Under the pieces are notes generated by a model. The model made no database searches, was not told the origin of the DNA, and saw nothing but the letters and a program-made list of their open reading frames with translations. Of a DNA stretch of 64,000 nt, positions 1-9,719 are shown one piece after another. Both the position numbers and the translations under genes were made by a program. Position 1 is the first letter of the stretch, and every line of letters starts with the position of its first letter. The stretch is from Candidatus Sabulitectum sp. (GTDB lineage: Bacteria; Fermentibacterota; Fermentibacteria; Fermentibacterales; JCC-6): contig JAGLOJ010000044.1 of NCBI GenBank assembly GCA_023139045.1, forward strand, positions 23,274 through 87,273. The letters run 5' to 3'.

Positions 1-23
1 GGGTTCTGGCTATACCGGGGCGA

Positions 24-2069
24 TCAAGATTCTCCCCTATCCCCTCCAGTATCAGTCTCACTCCCTGCTCCACTTTCTTCAGATCCATCATTCTTCACCT
101 CCTCTTCATCGCTGTCAGCATTATCTTTTTCTGCGGAATCCTTGTCATAATCAGGTGAGTCAAGCCCGGGAAATTCCATTCCAGGGCGAAGTTCAGCCAG
201 AATCCCTTTTATCTCAATACTGGAAACAGTCTCTTTTTCCAGTAGATCCTCCGAGAGTCTTTCAACAATATCCCGGTTCACTTCAAGAATGGCGAGAGCA
301 GCGTTGTAGGCCTCACCAATAATTCTTCTTATCTCATCATCTATCACTCTGGCAGTGTACTCACTGTAACTCTTTGTTCTTGCGAAGTCACGACCGAGAA
401 ACACAGGACCATGTTCTTCGGAGAATGATACGGGACCAATCTCGGGGCTCATTCCCCAGTTGCATACCATCTTCCGGGCAAGGTCTGTGGCTCGGTCAAG
501 ATCGTTGCCCGCACCTGTACTCAGTGTGTCCAGGAACAGCTTCTCTGCACCGCGACCACCCAGCAGACGAGCCAGCACACTTTCACAGTACTCAAGTGAG
601 TAATTGTGCCTTTCAGCTTTTGGCAGGAAGCTGGTTACGCCCAGTGCCTGGCCTCTGGGAACAATAGTAACCTTGTGGAACGGATCAGATTGCGGGCTGA
701 AAATATTCACAATGGCATGACCGCTCTCGTGAACAGCAGTAAGTTTTCTCTCTTCCTCCGACATGACCATGCTTCTTCTCTCGATGCCCATGATTATCCT
801 GTCCACTGCATTCTCAAAATCACGCATTTCAATGGAATCCGCATTTCTTCTTGCCGCGTGAAGAGCTGCTTCATTGGCAAGAGACTCAAGATCAGCCCCG
901 CTGAAGCCGGGAGTTCTTCTGGATATAACAGAAAGCTTAACCTCTTTGTGAAGGGGCATTCTGGCGGTGTGTACCTTCAGAATAGCCTCACGACCCTTTA
1001 CATCAGGCATGCCAACGGTGATTCTTCTGTCAAAACGCCCTGGACGAAGCAGAGCAGCATCAAGAACATCAGGCCTGTTTGTTGCCGCAATAACGATCAC
1101 ACCCTGGTTGTCAGCGAATCCATCCATTTCAACCAGAAGAGCATTAAGAGTCTGTTCCCGTTCGTCATGCCCCCCACCGAGACCGGTTCCACGCTGACGG
1201 CCTACCGCGTCAATCTCATCTATGAAAATAATGCTGGGAGACTTGGCTTTCGCCTGGACGAAAAGGTCACGGACACGACTGGCACCGACACCGACAAACA
1301 TCTCCACAAAATCAGAACCACTCATAGAGAAGAAAGGTACCTTTGCCTCACCCGCAACAGCTCTTGCCAGGAGGGTCTTTCCGGTTCCGGGAGGTCCGAT
1401 GAGAAGAACTCCCTTGGGAATCTTACCGCCAAGTTTCTGGAACTTTGCAGGTTCCTTCAGGAATTCAATAATCTCTTCAAGCTCCTGTTTTGCCTCATCA
1501 CATCCGGCAACATCTTCAAATGTGTTCTTGGGTCGATCTCCGGTAATGAGCTTCGCTTTACTCTTGCCGAAGCTGAATGCCTGGCCTCCACCGGACATCC
1601 TTCTCATTATGAATATCCAGAGAATTATGAAAAGAAGGATAGGCCCGATGTTTATCAGAATGGCCATAAGACCGCTGGGCCCCCTGCCGGAAACATCAAC
1701 GCCATGTTCTCTGAGCAGATCGATGGAGCCTGCATCCTCAAATGGTATAAAACTGGAATACTTCAGATATTCCTGTGCACCTTCACCGTTACCAATGATC
1801 TGTGGAGAACGGAACTCACCCTCAACATCTCCACCGGTGGAGAGAACTGCGTTCTCCACCTTTCCCTGACCTGCATACTCCAGCAGCTCGGAATAGGTTA
1901 TTGAGGCCCGGTCCGAACCTGATCCGAGAAAGATTACCAGCACATATGCAAGAAGCCCAAGCATAACCCACATTGTAATGGTTCGGAAACTGCATCCTCC
2001 AAGCCCCGGCGGAGGGGTTGGCAGGGGATTCTTCTTCTTCTTATCGGGAGGTGTTTTGTTTTCACTCAC
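24..2069 (-). CDS. ftsH: ATP-dependent zinc metalloprotease FtsH. The true start is probably the internal Met near 1973, after a Pro/Lys-rich leader.
   Basis: Walker A motif [21 protein letters not shown] second region of homology, and the HEXXH zinc site HESGHAIV. An acidic C-terminal tail is present. It closes the conserved tilS-hpt-ftsH order. Confidence 0.95.
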   Translation of the reverse strand: MSENKTPPDKKKKNPLPTPPPGLGGCSFRTITMWVMLGLLAYVLVIFLGSGSDRASITYSELLEYAGQGKVENAVLSTGGDVEGEFRSPQIIGNGEGAQEYLKYSSFIPFEDAGSIDLLREHGVDVSGRGPSGLMAILINIGPILLFIILWIFIMRRMSGGGQAFSFGKSKAKLITGDRPKNTFEDVAGCDEAKQELEEIIEFLKEPAKFQKLGGKIPKGVLLIGPPGTGKTLLARAVAGEAKVPFFSMSGSDFVEMFVGVGASRVRDLFVQAKAKSPSIIFIDEIDAVGRQRGTGLGGGHDEREQTLNALLVEMDGFADNQGVIVIAATNRPDVLDAALLRPGRFDRRITVGMPDVKGREAILKVHTARMPLHKEVKLSVISRRTPGFSGADLESLANEAALHAARRNADSIEMRDFENAVDRIIMGIERRSMVMSEEERKLTAVHESGHAIVNIFSPQSDPFHKVTIVPRGQALGVTSFLPKAERHNYSLEYCESVLARLLGGRGAEKLFLDTLSTGAGNDLDRATDLARKMVCNWGMSPEIGPVSFSEEHGPVFLGRDFARTKSYSEYTARVIDDEIRRIIGEAYNAALAILEVNRDIVERLSEDLLEKETVSSIEIKGILAELRPGMEFPGLDSPDYDKDSAEKDNADSDEEEVKNDGSEESGAGSETDTGGDRGES

Positions 2070-2613
2070 TGTGCATATTCTCCGTTTCTTCCCTCAGTGC
2101 AACAATATCAGGCAGATTTCTCCAGAAGCCACCAGGTCCATCCAGCCCGTACCCCACAACAAATTTGTCGGGGATTGTAAAGAGGGTTCTATGTAAATCC
2201 ACCTCCACCGTTCTTCTTGATGGTTTATCCAGAAGAACAACGCTGCGGATTGATCTCGGGTTTCTCGATTGAAGTAATTTCTGAATATACGCCAGTGTAA
2301 GGCCGGTGTCTACAATATCTTCCACAATAAGCACATTTTTGTCATGGAGTGGAAAGGAAGTATCAAGGGTCAGACGAACTTCACCGGATGAAACTGTCTC
2401 TTCCCCGTAGCTGGCTGCGCCCAGAAACTCTACCCGTATGGGCACATCCATGGCTCGAATCAGATCTGCCGCGAACACAAAGGCACCACGCAGAAGAGGA
2501 ATTACTACTACTTCCTCGCCGGTGTACAGTTCTGTAAGCTCTGCTCCAAGTTTCTTGATTTCTTTCGAAATCTCAGAAGCACTTACCAGAACATCGTACT
2601 TAACATTCATCAA
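2062..2613 (-). CDS. hpt: Hypoxanthine-guanine phosphoribosyltransferase
   Basis: PRPP-binding motif VLIVEDIVDTGLTL. Size of 183 aa fits. It overlaps ftsH and tilS in the operon. Confidence 0.9.
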   Translation of the reverse strand: MMNVKYDVLVSASEISKEIKKLGAELTELYTGEEVVVIPLLRGAFVFAADLIRAMDVPIRVEFLGAASYGEETVSSGEVRLTLDTSFPLHDKNVLIVEDIVDTGLTLAYIQKLLQSRNPRSIRSVVLLDKPSRRTVEVDLHRTLFTIPDKFVVGYGLDGPGGFWRNLPDIVALREETENMHSE

Positions 2614-3533
2614 AACCTCCCATGACCTCTGGCCTCAACACGAACCAGTTCGCCCTCTGCAACAAGCCTTTTCCCACCGGGGAGAATGTGTTTCCCTCTT
2701 CCTCCGCGATTGAGCCAACTCAATATTTTTTGAAATTCCTCAAAACCATTCCTTGGTTTTCCCGCCATCTGCCATAGAGTCAAAGCTCCCAGTACACCGG
2801 GCATCTCAATGAGTTCCCCTCTTTCAATGCTGTCGCCCTCTGTGAGTGCGGAAAGCTGATTCTGTAGATCCCTCCATCTGCTGAGAATAGCACCGGAACG
2901 GCAGATCCCTGATACGGCTTCCGGGAAATGACTCTCAAGTACAGGCATAACTTCAAGTCTTAATCTGTTTCTTTGAATGCCTGTGTTCCGATTGGAAAGA
3001 TCCTCGACCCAGTCATGCCCGTTCTCCCTGAGCCAGTTTCTTACCTCACTGCTGTGTACGTCAAGCATTGGTCTTCTAACCGGGCCAACCCCCCTGTAGT
3101 CCATTCCTCCAAGCCCGCGAAGTCCTGAGCCCTCGAACAGTCGCATCAAGAGTGTCTCTGCTCTGTCACTTGCAGTGTGGGCCACGGCAACAATCTCCGA
3201 CTGTTCAAGAAAGATGCTCTGGCGGATCGAACTCCACCTGCTTTCCATTGATCCAGTCTCACCGGAATCGGGACGCCGGCAACAGAAAGACAGTCCGAGT
3301 CGCTCAGACAGATTGCTGACAAAAAGCTCATCCTTGCGGGAATCTTCTCTGAGCCCGTGATTAATGTGCAACACATCCAACTGCCAATTCCTCGCAACTG
3401 CAAACCTCTTCAACAGATACAGCATTGCCACAGAATCAGCGCCCCCTGAAACAGCAGCAGTAACACAACTACCCCGGGGAAGCAGAGATTCCCTGGCAAC
3501 GGTTTCCAGAAATATCTTTTCCAATACCCTCAT
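2610..3533 (-). CDS. tilS: tRNA(Ile)-lysidine synthetase TilS. The start is chosen at the internal Met (MRVLEKIF...) because the longer ORF runs to 3659.
   Basis: PP-loop motif SGGADS about 28 residues from the chosen start. A 4-nt overlap with hpt is present, giving the canonical tilS-hpt-ftsH synteny. Confidence 0.85.
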   Translation of the reverse strand: MRVLEKIFLETVARESLLPRGSCVTAAVSGGADSVAMLYLLKRFAVARNWQLDVLHINHGLREDSRKDELFVSNLSERLGLSFCCRRPDSGETGSMESRWSSIRQSIFLEQSEIVAVAHTASDRAETLLMRLFEGSGLRGLGGMDYRGVGPVRRPMLDVHSSEVRNWLRENGHDWVEDLSNRNTGIQRNRLRLEVMPVLESHFPEAVSGICRSGAILSRWRDLQNQLSALTEGDSIERGELIEMPGVLGALTLWQMAGKPRNGFEEFQKILSWLNRGGRGKHILPGGKRLVAEGELVRVEARGHGRF

Positions 3534-3639
3534 AATTCTAATATAATCCCTAATGCGGGATGTCCATGAAAAACAGGATGAAACTTGAAGCCCGGCGTAC
3601 TGCAATGCAATACTGCGTGCGGGTAAAGGTGAAAGGTGT

Positions 3640-4050
3640 TTGATGATAACCGGTAACAACCCTGTCGAATTAGACAGGGGTATTATCTACAGGGAACCTG
3701 AAAAGAAAGCCGGGAAGAAACCGGCAAAAATTCCCTGGCCATACATGGCTGGTGCCATCGCCCTTCTTCTTATTGTCATACTTCTTTTCATAAACCCCGG
3801 AGATGGAGAATTCATCGAATCTCCGCCACCGGAAGAACAGGCAGAGAGGGATTCGATTTTTTCAGCAGCAGTCAGAATAGAACAATACCGGGATAACTCT
3901 GATTCACTCCCGGATCCGGCTGAAGTTTCACTTCCTGTTGATTTCACATACGAAAAGGAAGATGCGCTGTTGTGGTTTATTGAAACTGAATCCGGCCTTT
4001 ACTACACTTCCGACATGGGCATTGAGTCCTTCAGGCGGGGGGAAATATGA
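3640..4050 (+). CDS. Hypothetical membrane-anchored protein
   Basis: 136-aa ORF with one TM helix (AGAIALLLIVILLFI). It is divergent from tilS and its end overlaps the start of the next gene. Confidence 0.45.
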   Translation: MMITGNNPVELDRGIIYREPEKKAGKKPAKIPWPYMAGAIALLLIVILLFINPGDGEFIESPPPEEQAERDSIFSAAVRIEQYRDNSDSLPDPAEVSLPVDFTYEKEDALLWFIETESGLYYTSDMGIESFRRGEI

Positions 4051-4445
4051 ACCCCGCAGGAACAAAGGGTTTCACACTGATCGAGCTGATGATCGTCGTG
4101 GTTATCATTGGAATTCTTGCGGCAATTGCCATTCCAAAATTTCAGGATGTCACCGAAAGTGCCAAGTATGCATCCTGTCGATCAAACCTCAGGAATATTG
4201 CAGGAGCACTGAATTTGTACGCGGCTAACAACGGTGAATATCCCGGTGCTTTTCAGGGGCATAAATGGAGAAAACTAAATTACATTCCAGACTATGTTCA
4301 CACCGAATTACTCTGCCCTTCCACAATGACCCCTTACCGTTTCAGAATCACAGGGAAAGACTATGATCTTTTCCGGGTCAGAGGCTGGAACGGCAGCTGC
4401 AAAAGAAACCATGGAATGTACCGGAACAGTGTGTATCAACCATAA
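4047..4445 (+). CDS. Prepilin-type N-terminal cleavage/methylation domain protein, that is a type IV pilin or pseudopilin
   Basis: The N-terminus GFTLIELMIVVVIIGILAAIAIP is the class III signal and pilin motif. Size is 132 aa. Confidence 0.65.
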   Translation: MNPAGTKGFTLIELMIVVVIIGILAAIAIPKFQDVTESAKYASCRSNLRNIAGALNLYAANNGEYPGAFQGHKWRKLNYIPDYVHTELLCPSTMTPYRFRITGKDYDLFRVRGWNGSCKRNHGMYRNSVYQP

Positions 4446-4481
4446 TTGTAAAACAGTGACTGAACTATCGAGAGGATGTAA

Positions 4482-6404
4482 ATGAGGCCAGGTGGTTCTG
4501 GAAGCAATGAAAAAGCTACATTGCCGGAAACAAAGTGCTCCCCTGCGCAGCACGGGCAACCGGCTCTTCACAAAGCACTGAGATTTCCGGATCTCTTTGC
4601 CATTGCTACCGGAGCCATGGTAAGTTCAGGATTGTTTGTTCTCCCGGGTCTTGCCTACTACTACGCCGGTCCGGCAGCCATCGCAGCTTATGTACTTGCA
4701 GGTATTCTTATTCTTCCAGCGCTGTTCAGCAAAGCAGAGCTTACCACTGCGATGCCCAAAGCAGGAGGCGACTACTACTTCATTGACAGATCTCTGGGAC
4801 ACATGGCAGGTACCATTGCCGGAATCGCAGCCTGGGTAAGCCTGAGTATCAAGACCGCCTTTGCGTTTGTGGGTATCAGGGTGTTTCTGGAGGTTCTTGT
4901 TCCAGGGGGGAACAGTCTGGGTATAACGCTTGCTGCACTGGTTTTCTTTACTTTTCTGAACCTCCGTGGCGCAGCCCATGCGGGGAAAGCTCAGATTTTC
5001 ATGGTTGCAGGGCTTCTTCTCATTCTACTGGTATTCTCCGTTCTGGGCAATCTGCACACCTCCGCTGCAAGACTGGTTCCTTTCGCGCCAGGTGGAATCA
5101 AGGGTGTTCTTGAAGCAACAGCACTTATTTTTATTGCTTTCGGAGGGCTTACAAAAGCGGCAAGTGTTGCAGAGGAAGCTGCCAATCCCAAGCGTGACAT
5201 TCCTCTGAGCATGCTGACTTCACTGGCAGTGGTTACATTCCTCTACTTCACTTCGGTTATGGTCTGCGTTGGAACCCTGGATGGAAATGTGATGGCTGCA
5301 TCCATGACACCCCTATCCGATGCAGCTAAAACTTTTGCAGGAAATCCCGGATTCATTGTTCTTGCTCTTGCGGCTGTTTTCGCCTTTCTGTCCACTGCAA
5401 ATGCGGGAATTCTTGCCTCGGCAAGATTCCCTCTGGCAATGAGCAGAGATAGATTGATTCCATCGGTGGTTGGAAGAATCGGGTCAAAAAGAGGTACACC
5501 CTGGTTTTCTATTGTCCTCACAAGTGTATTCATCGCGGCCATGCTTTTTCTCGACTTCGTAAGACTGGTAAAAATGGCCAGTGCCATGCAGATATTCCTG
5601 TTCATGCTGTCGAACATTGTCGTAATAGTAATGCGGGAAAGCCGGATTCATACATACAAACCATCGTTCAAGAGCCCCTTGTACCCCTGGATGCAGATAG
5701 TGGGGGCGGCAACAATGTTCATGCTGCTGGTAATGATAGGCATGGAGGCACTGATTGCCTGTTCAGCAGTGGTGCTGGGTGGTTCAGTCTGGTACTTCCT
5801 CTACTCCAGAAAACGGGTGGAAAGAGATTCGGCACTGCTTCACCTTGCTGCAAGAATTTTTCCGAAAGAACTCAGGCGAAGAAATGAATCCATTACCCGG
5901 GAACTGAAAAAAGTTCTCATGGAGAGAGATGTAATCACAGAGGATCGTTTTGACAAACTTGTACTGGCCTCGGATATCGCAGACATTGAAGAACCGCTGG
6001 AACTGGAAGAATTTCTGAAGCTTGTCGCGGGCAGAATTGCCCCGTCCCTGGAAATGGAAGCAGATGAGTTGTTCCGTCTGCTTCTGGAAAGGGAAAGAAC
6101 ATCTCCTACCGCGCTGCGTCCCGGTCTTGCCATTCCACATATCATCATTCCCGGCACAGGAAAATTCACGGTGAACCTTGCACGATGCAAAGGCGGCATA
6201 AACTTCAGTGATGACACCGAACCGGTGCATATTATCTTCATTCTTGCCGGAACCATGGACGAACGAAATTTCCACCTGAAAGCACTGATGGCAATTGCAG
6301 AAATAACCACCGCCTCCGGATTCGACGATTCATGGAGAAAGTGTCTGACTGTGCAGGGGCTGAGAGACCTTGTTCTTCTTTCGAAAAGACGAAGAGAAGT
6401 GTGA
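4482..6404 (+). CDS. APC-family amino acid permease fused to a C-terminal PTS EIIA type-2 (fructose/Ntr-type) domain
   Basis: The first 440 aa or so form a multi-TM region typical of the APC superfamily. The C-terminal soluble domain has the phosphorylatable-His motif GLAIPHIIIPG and the segment HLKALMAIAE, as in PTS_EIIA_2. Confidence 0.75.
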   Translation: MRPGGSGSNEKATLPETKCSPAQHGQPALHKALRFPDLFAIATGAMVSSGLFVLPGLAYYYAGPAAIAAYVLAGILILPALFSKAELTTAMPKAGGDYYFIDRSLGHMAGTIAGIAAWVSLSIKTAFAFVGIRVFLEVLVPGGNSLGITLAALVFFTFLNLRGAAHAGKAQIFMVAGLLLILLVFSVLGNLHTSAARLVPFAPGGIKGVLEATALIFIAFGGLTKAASVAEEAANPKRDIPLSMLTSLAVVTFLYFTSVMVCVGTLDGNVMAASMTPLSDAAKTFAGNPGFIVLALAAVFAFLSTANAGILASARFPLAMSRDRLIPSVVGRIGSKRGTPWFSIVLTSVFIAAMLFLDFVRLVKMASAMQIFLFMLSNIVVIVMRESRIHTYKPSFKSPLYPWMQIVGAATMFMLLVMIGMEALIACSAVVLGGSVWYFLYSRKRVERDSALLHLAARIFPKELRRRNESITRELKKVLMERDVITEDRFDKLVLASDIADIEEPLELEEFLKLVAGRIAPSLEMEADELFRLLLERERTSPTALRPGLAIPHIIIPGTGKFTVNLARCKGGINFSDDTEPVHIIFILAGTMDERNFHLKALMAIAEITTASGFDDSWRKCLTVQGLRDLVLLSKRRREV

Positions 6405-6646
6405 TAAACACCGCGCTCCCTGCAGGACCTTTGCCGGGTTATACTATGATGTGCCCGGCAATGGGTGTTGAGTAGATATGATACACGGTCAAGATAGAAT
6501 TCTTGGTGGTTCGCAGAGAATAGTGTAACTATTTAACAATAATTTAAGAAGATTACGGCCGACTGTGTGGTTTTTGTGCCGGTGCTGCATTCCCGGGCAT
6601 GCTTCTGGTAAAGTCTGTTGAACCTTGTATTAACTGGAGGTTGAAA

Positions 6647-7054
6647 ATGGCAGAGGAAAACAAGCCAATCCGACTGGATGCCGGAATTGATGATTCCGCA
6701 TTTGGGAAAAAGACGGTTGCGCCGAAGAAAAAAAAGGATTCAAAACTGCTTCCCTATCTGCTTGGTGGTCTCATTCTTCTGACAGGATACTATTTAATCA
6801 GCGCTGGAGGAAGATCCGCCAGCAGCTTGGACCTTACCCCCGAACAGGAACAGATTCAAACAGAAGTTACCGGTGTTATTGACAGCTATGTAACAGAGAA
6901 TGGCTCACTCCCTGATGATCCCTCCAATTTGAATCTACCTGAGGGGTCAGAAATAATCATGGGAGACGACGGTTCCTGGATGGTCAGCACAGCAGACGGG
7001 CAACTGATTTTATCAGAGAACGCACTTCCGCCATTCGAAGATGGCCCGCAATAA
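6647..7054 (+). CDS. Hypothetical single-pass membrane protein
   Basis: Start chosen at MAEENKP, preceded by the ribosome-binding site GGAGG. It has a Lys-rich segment and then a TM helix. No recognised domain. Confidence 0.4.
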   Translation: MAEENKPIRLDAGIDDSAFGKKTVAPKKKKDSKLLPYLLGGLILLTGYYLISAGGRSASSLDLTPEQEQIQTEVTGVIDSYVTENGSLPDDPSNLNLPEGSEIIMGDDGSWMVSTADGQLILSENALPPFEDGPQ

Positions 7055-7255
7055 AGAATCACTGTGACTGTGACTGAAAATAGGTATTAAGCAGTAGTGC
7101 CTCACGGGCGAGATACAGAACGACTTGGGGATTACTACCCGAGAGCGTCCCGAGCGATAGCACGTAGAGCCAGCAAGATGCGATATTTTGGGCTGTACAG
7201 TGTATTAGTACTGATTCTCAGTCAAGGGAAACTGGCATAACAACAACAGGCAAAG

Positions 7256-7284
7256 GCGTCGAAAATAAATCGACGCCTTTTATA
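7256..7284. terminator. Hairpin GGCGTCGA-N-TCGACGCC followed by TTTT. It may act as a bidirectional terminator between the upstream gene and the tRNA.
   Basis: Perfect 8-bp inverted repeat with a T-run, read directly from the sequence. Confidence 0.4.
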
Positions 7285-7286
7285 AC

Positions 7287-7362
7287 TGGTAGCGGCGGAG
7301 GGACTTGAACCCCCGACCAGCGGATTATGATTCCGCTGCTCTACCAACTGAGCTACACCGCC
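7287..7362 (-). tRNA. tRNA with anticodon CAU. It is an elongator-type Met or the tRNA-Ile2 lysidine substrate, and is not initiator-like.
   Basis: A manual cloverleaf can be folded. The acceptor stem is GGCGGTG/CGCCGCT with two G-U pairs. The D-arm is GCTCAGTTGGTAGAGC, the anticodon stem-loop is GCGGA-ATCATAA-TCCGC, and the T-arm is GGGGG-TTCAAGT-CCCTC. Discriminator A and an encoded CCA are present. The 29-31/39-41 positions are not the GGG/CCC of initiator tRNAs. Confidence 0.85.
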
Positions 7363-7402
7363 ACTGCCGAAGTGAGGACAATACAGTCGAATTCCGGTTT
7401 TG

Positions 7403-7747
7403 TCAAGATTTTTCCGAGTTGCTGGAAGATTTGATTTTCCGAAGCATAATTGCGTCTCCAATTCGAACCCGCTTGAGAACTCCACCTCCGATAAACAGGC
7501 AAATCACCCAGGCAAGCAGAGAAGCACCAAGAATACCGAGTAAAATCATTGGTGGAACCGGAATGTAATAGCTGAACCAGAAGATTACTGCTAACAACAG
7601 AATCGCAATCACAGGTACAAGAATGAATTTAAGTGCTCTGGAAGTCATTTCTGTTCTCTTCTGAAACCAGTTCTCAAGCATTTCCAGTTTTTCTTTATCG
7701 GAAAAATCAAAAGAGCTAAAGTCATTTGAATAATCATTCATGGTCAT
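7403..7747 (-). CDS. Small membrane protein with two TM helices
   Basis: ORF downstream of, and overlapping, the stop of the 598-aa gene. Hydrophobic helices are present. No homolog recognised. Confidence 0.35.
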   Translation of the reverse strand: MTMNDYSNDFSSFDFSDKEKLEMLENWFQKRTEMTSRALKFILVPVIAILLLAVIFWFSYYIPVPPMILLGILGASLLAWVICLFIGGGVLKRVRIGDAIMLRKIKSSSNSEKS

Positions 7748-9530
7748 CCAGCCTTTCAGTGATTGCATCGAGAATGGCATCCCTTTTCTCCGATTCAAGA
7801 GCACGACCGTTTTCCTGCACCCTGAGCAGGACTGATACAGCACCTGACCATCTGATGATACTTGCAGTAACGGTAAAATCTCTCACCACTGCAAGAAGAC
7901 CTTCCATGTTTCGGCATTCACCCTTTCTGGCGCAACAGAAAAGAGTGGCCGCAGGTTTGTTTCTTCCCGGTACTTCTTCACAGACAACATTGCTAACCGG
8001 TCCATCGCGGGACAGAAGAGGGGAGATCGTCTCGAACAGAAGCCTGATATGCATGGAAAGCTCTTTCACAGGTACGGAGGCCCTCATGAAGTCCTCCAGA
8101 CTGTAATAGAAATCGGTTACAACAGTGTCTGGAATGTCAGAGAGTTCTTTTCTTATCTCATCAAGCTGGTTCACATCATTGAGGCGCATACCCTGATCAA
8201 AGTCTCTGAAGTCACCGAAACTATCCTGAATGGCCCGTTTCACAATGGAATAGGCGTCCTCCATCTGATCAAAGTGTTCCCGCTCTGCGACGAAATCAAA
8301 TACATCAACCCATACATCCTGTCTTCTGGAAGGTGACTTGAATGAATTGACTCCTATACCTCTTTGAATACTCAGATTCTTCACCAGCTTCAGTATCCGG
8401 GTGTCATGACCCTTGGCATCACTGTTCTGGTCTGCACTGGTAACAAGCAGCAGTTTCAGTTCGGCATTGAATGTTGTGATGTTCTCCAGGGCGATGTAAG
8501 CCTGGTTGATTCCGGTGGTTCTGCATTCTTTGATAAGCAGCGGGAGGAGAGCTCTGCCTATGTGCTCTGTTCCACCGTAATGGTGAATTCTGTGAAGTCG
8601 CTCAATACCCCTTGAAACCAGCAGCTTTCTGAGGTACTCCCGTATCATTTTCAAGTCAGTCCTGGTTGCACTCATGCCGTTGGGACCTGTCATTTCAACC
8701 CTGATGGAAACGATACCGTCATTGGTGGTGTATTTCCTCTGATGGCTTACTGTAGATCCTGGCCAGGAGACAGAAAGAGCTGTGGTAAGATCCTGAAAAG
8801 AAATGTCTCTCTCGTAGCCAACTATATTTATTCCGGTGAGATGCTCGCCGTTGGCTCTGATATTCCTGATCCTGTAGAAAGGGGCACCGCCCTTTGTCCT
8901 CACATTCTCAACAAGGTCGAAATTTGTCTTGACAATCCAGGCGAGATCGGATTTCTTTCGGGCAAGCAGATACTGATCGGATCTTGAACTTATGAATAGA
9001 ACAAGCTGCCCTTTCTTTCCGAGAATACCTTCTGGAATATCACCATTATAGATACGAGTAAGTTCTTCCAGAATCCCCTGATAACACTCAACTCTGTCTG
9101 CCGATCTGTCAAGAAGGGAGATTACTCCTGCCCTGCCAACTGCCAGTCTCTGCAGCAGCTCACTGAGCTTATTGGCATCTTCCCTGAATTTTCTTCCGCG
9201 CTCCTCAGAATCATTAATAGCGATTCCGGTTATGATGATACCTCTTCGGATTCCCTGTTTTTCAACAGTGAAACCCTCCAGAAGATCAAGATTCCATCCT
9301 GCATGGTGAAGTTCGCCAATGACAATTGAAGCCAGCCCGGCCCAGTCAACAGCGCTAACACCCAGCAGGGCAAGGCCGTCTCTCACATCAACAGTTATTG
9401 AAACATCTTCTTCAGAGTTGAAAAGGCAGGTATATATCTGTTGCCGCCTGTGACTCGGAATTACAACAACCGGGCAGGTTTCACCAAAACAACTCAACTT
9501 GTTCTTCTTGTTCTGTTCTTCTTTACGCAT
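7734..9530 (-). CDS. Hypothetical 598-aa protein, possibly with ACT-like regulatory domains
   Basis: Long ORF with no internal stops and coherent composition. I could not assign a family with confidence. Confidence 0.55.
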   Translation of the reverse strand: MRKEEQNKKNKLSCFGETCPVVVIPSHRRQQIYTCLFNSEEDVSITVDVRDGLALLGVSAVDWAGLASIVIGELHHAGWNLDLLEGFTVEKQGIRRGIIITGIAINDSEERGRKFREDANKLSELLQRLAVGRAGVISLLDRSADRVECYQGILEELTRIYNGDIPEGILGKKGQLVLFISSRSDQYLLARKKSDLAWIVKTNFDLVENVRTKGGAPFYRIRNIRANGEHLTGINIVGYERDISFQDLTTALSVSWPGSTVSHQRKYTTNDGIVSIRVEMTGPNGMSATRTDLKMIREYLRKLLVSRGIERLHRIHHYGGTEHIGRALLPLLIKECRTTGINQAYIALENITTFNAELKLLLVTSADQNSDAKGHDTRILKLVKNLSIQRGIGVNSFKSPSRRQDVWVDVFDFVAEREHFDQMEDAYSIVKRAIQDSFGDFRDFDQGMRLNDVNQLDEIRKELSDIPDTVVTDFYYSLEDFMRASVPVKELSMHIRLLFETISPLLSRDGPVSNVVCEEVPGRNKPAATLFCCARKGECRNMEGLLAVVRDFTVTASIIRWSGAVSVLLRVQENGRALESEKRDAILDAITERLDDHE

Positions 9531-9609
9531 GTGTAATTATGAAACAGAATTGATGCACTGACCAGTATTGACAGATAGACAGAAAATGAGTATTTATCAG
9601 CGGCACTGA

Positions 9610-9686
9610 GGGCGAGTAACTCAGTTGGCTAGAGTGCCTGCCTTACAAGCAGGACGTCGGGGGTTCAAGTCCCTCCTCGCCCACCA
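9610..9686 (+). tRNA. tRNA-Val (anticodon TAC)
   Basis: Acceptor stem GGGCGAG/CTCGCCC, anticodon loop CTTACAA, T-arm GGGGG-TTCAAGT-CCCTC, discriminator A and an encoded CCA. Confidence 0.9.
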
Positions 9687-9690
9687 GAAG

Positions 9691-9719
9691 ACCGGGGGGC
9701 AATGTCTCCCGGTTTTTTT
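9691..9719 (+). terminator. Rho-independent terminator downstream of tRNA-Val
   Basis: Stem ACCGGGG..CCCGGT followed by TTTTTTT. Confidence 0.55.

Noticed and set aside
374-1904. Plus-strand ORFs of 97, 432, 76 and 215 aa inside ftsH
   Set aside because: They lie antisense to a strongly supported FtsH coding sequence. They are shadow ORFs with no motifs.
24-2069. Pro/Lys-rich N-terminal 32 aa of the ftsH ORF
   Set aside because: It is probably a 5' over-extension of the ORF. The real start is likely the Met before the first TM helix, at about 1973. It is not a separate feature.
7080-7250. Possible small RNA between the 6647 gene and the tRNA
   Set aside because: The GC-rich stretch has some local complementarity. 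I could not fold it into any known ncRNA class such as 6S, tmRNA or RNase P by eye, so it is left unannotated.
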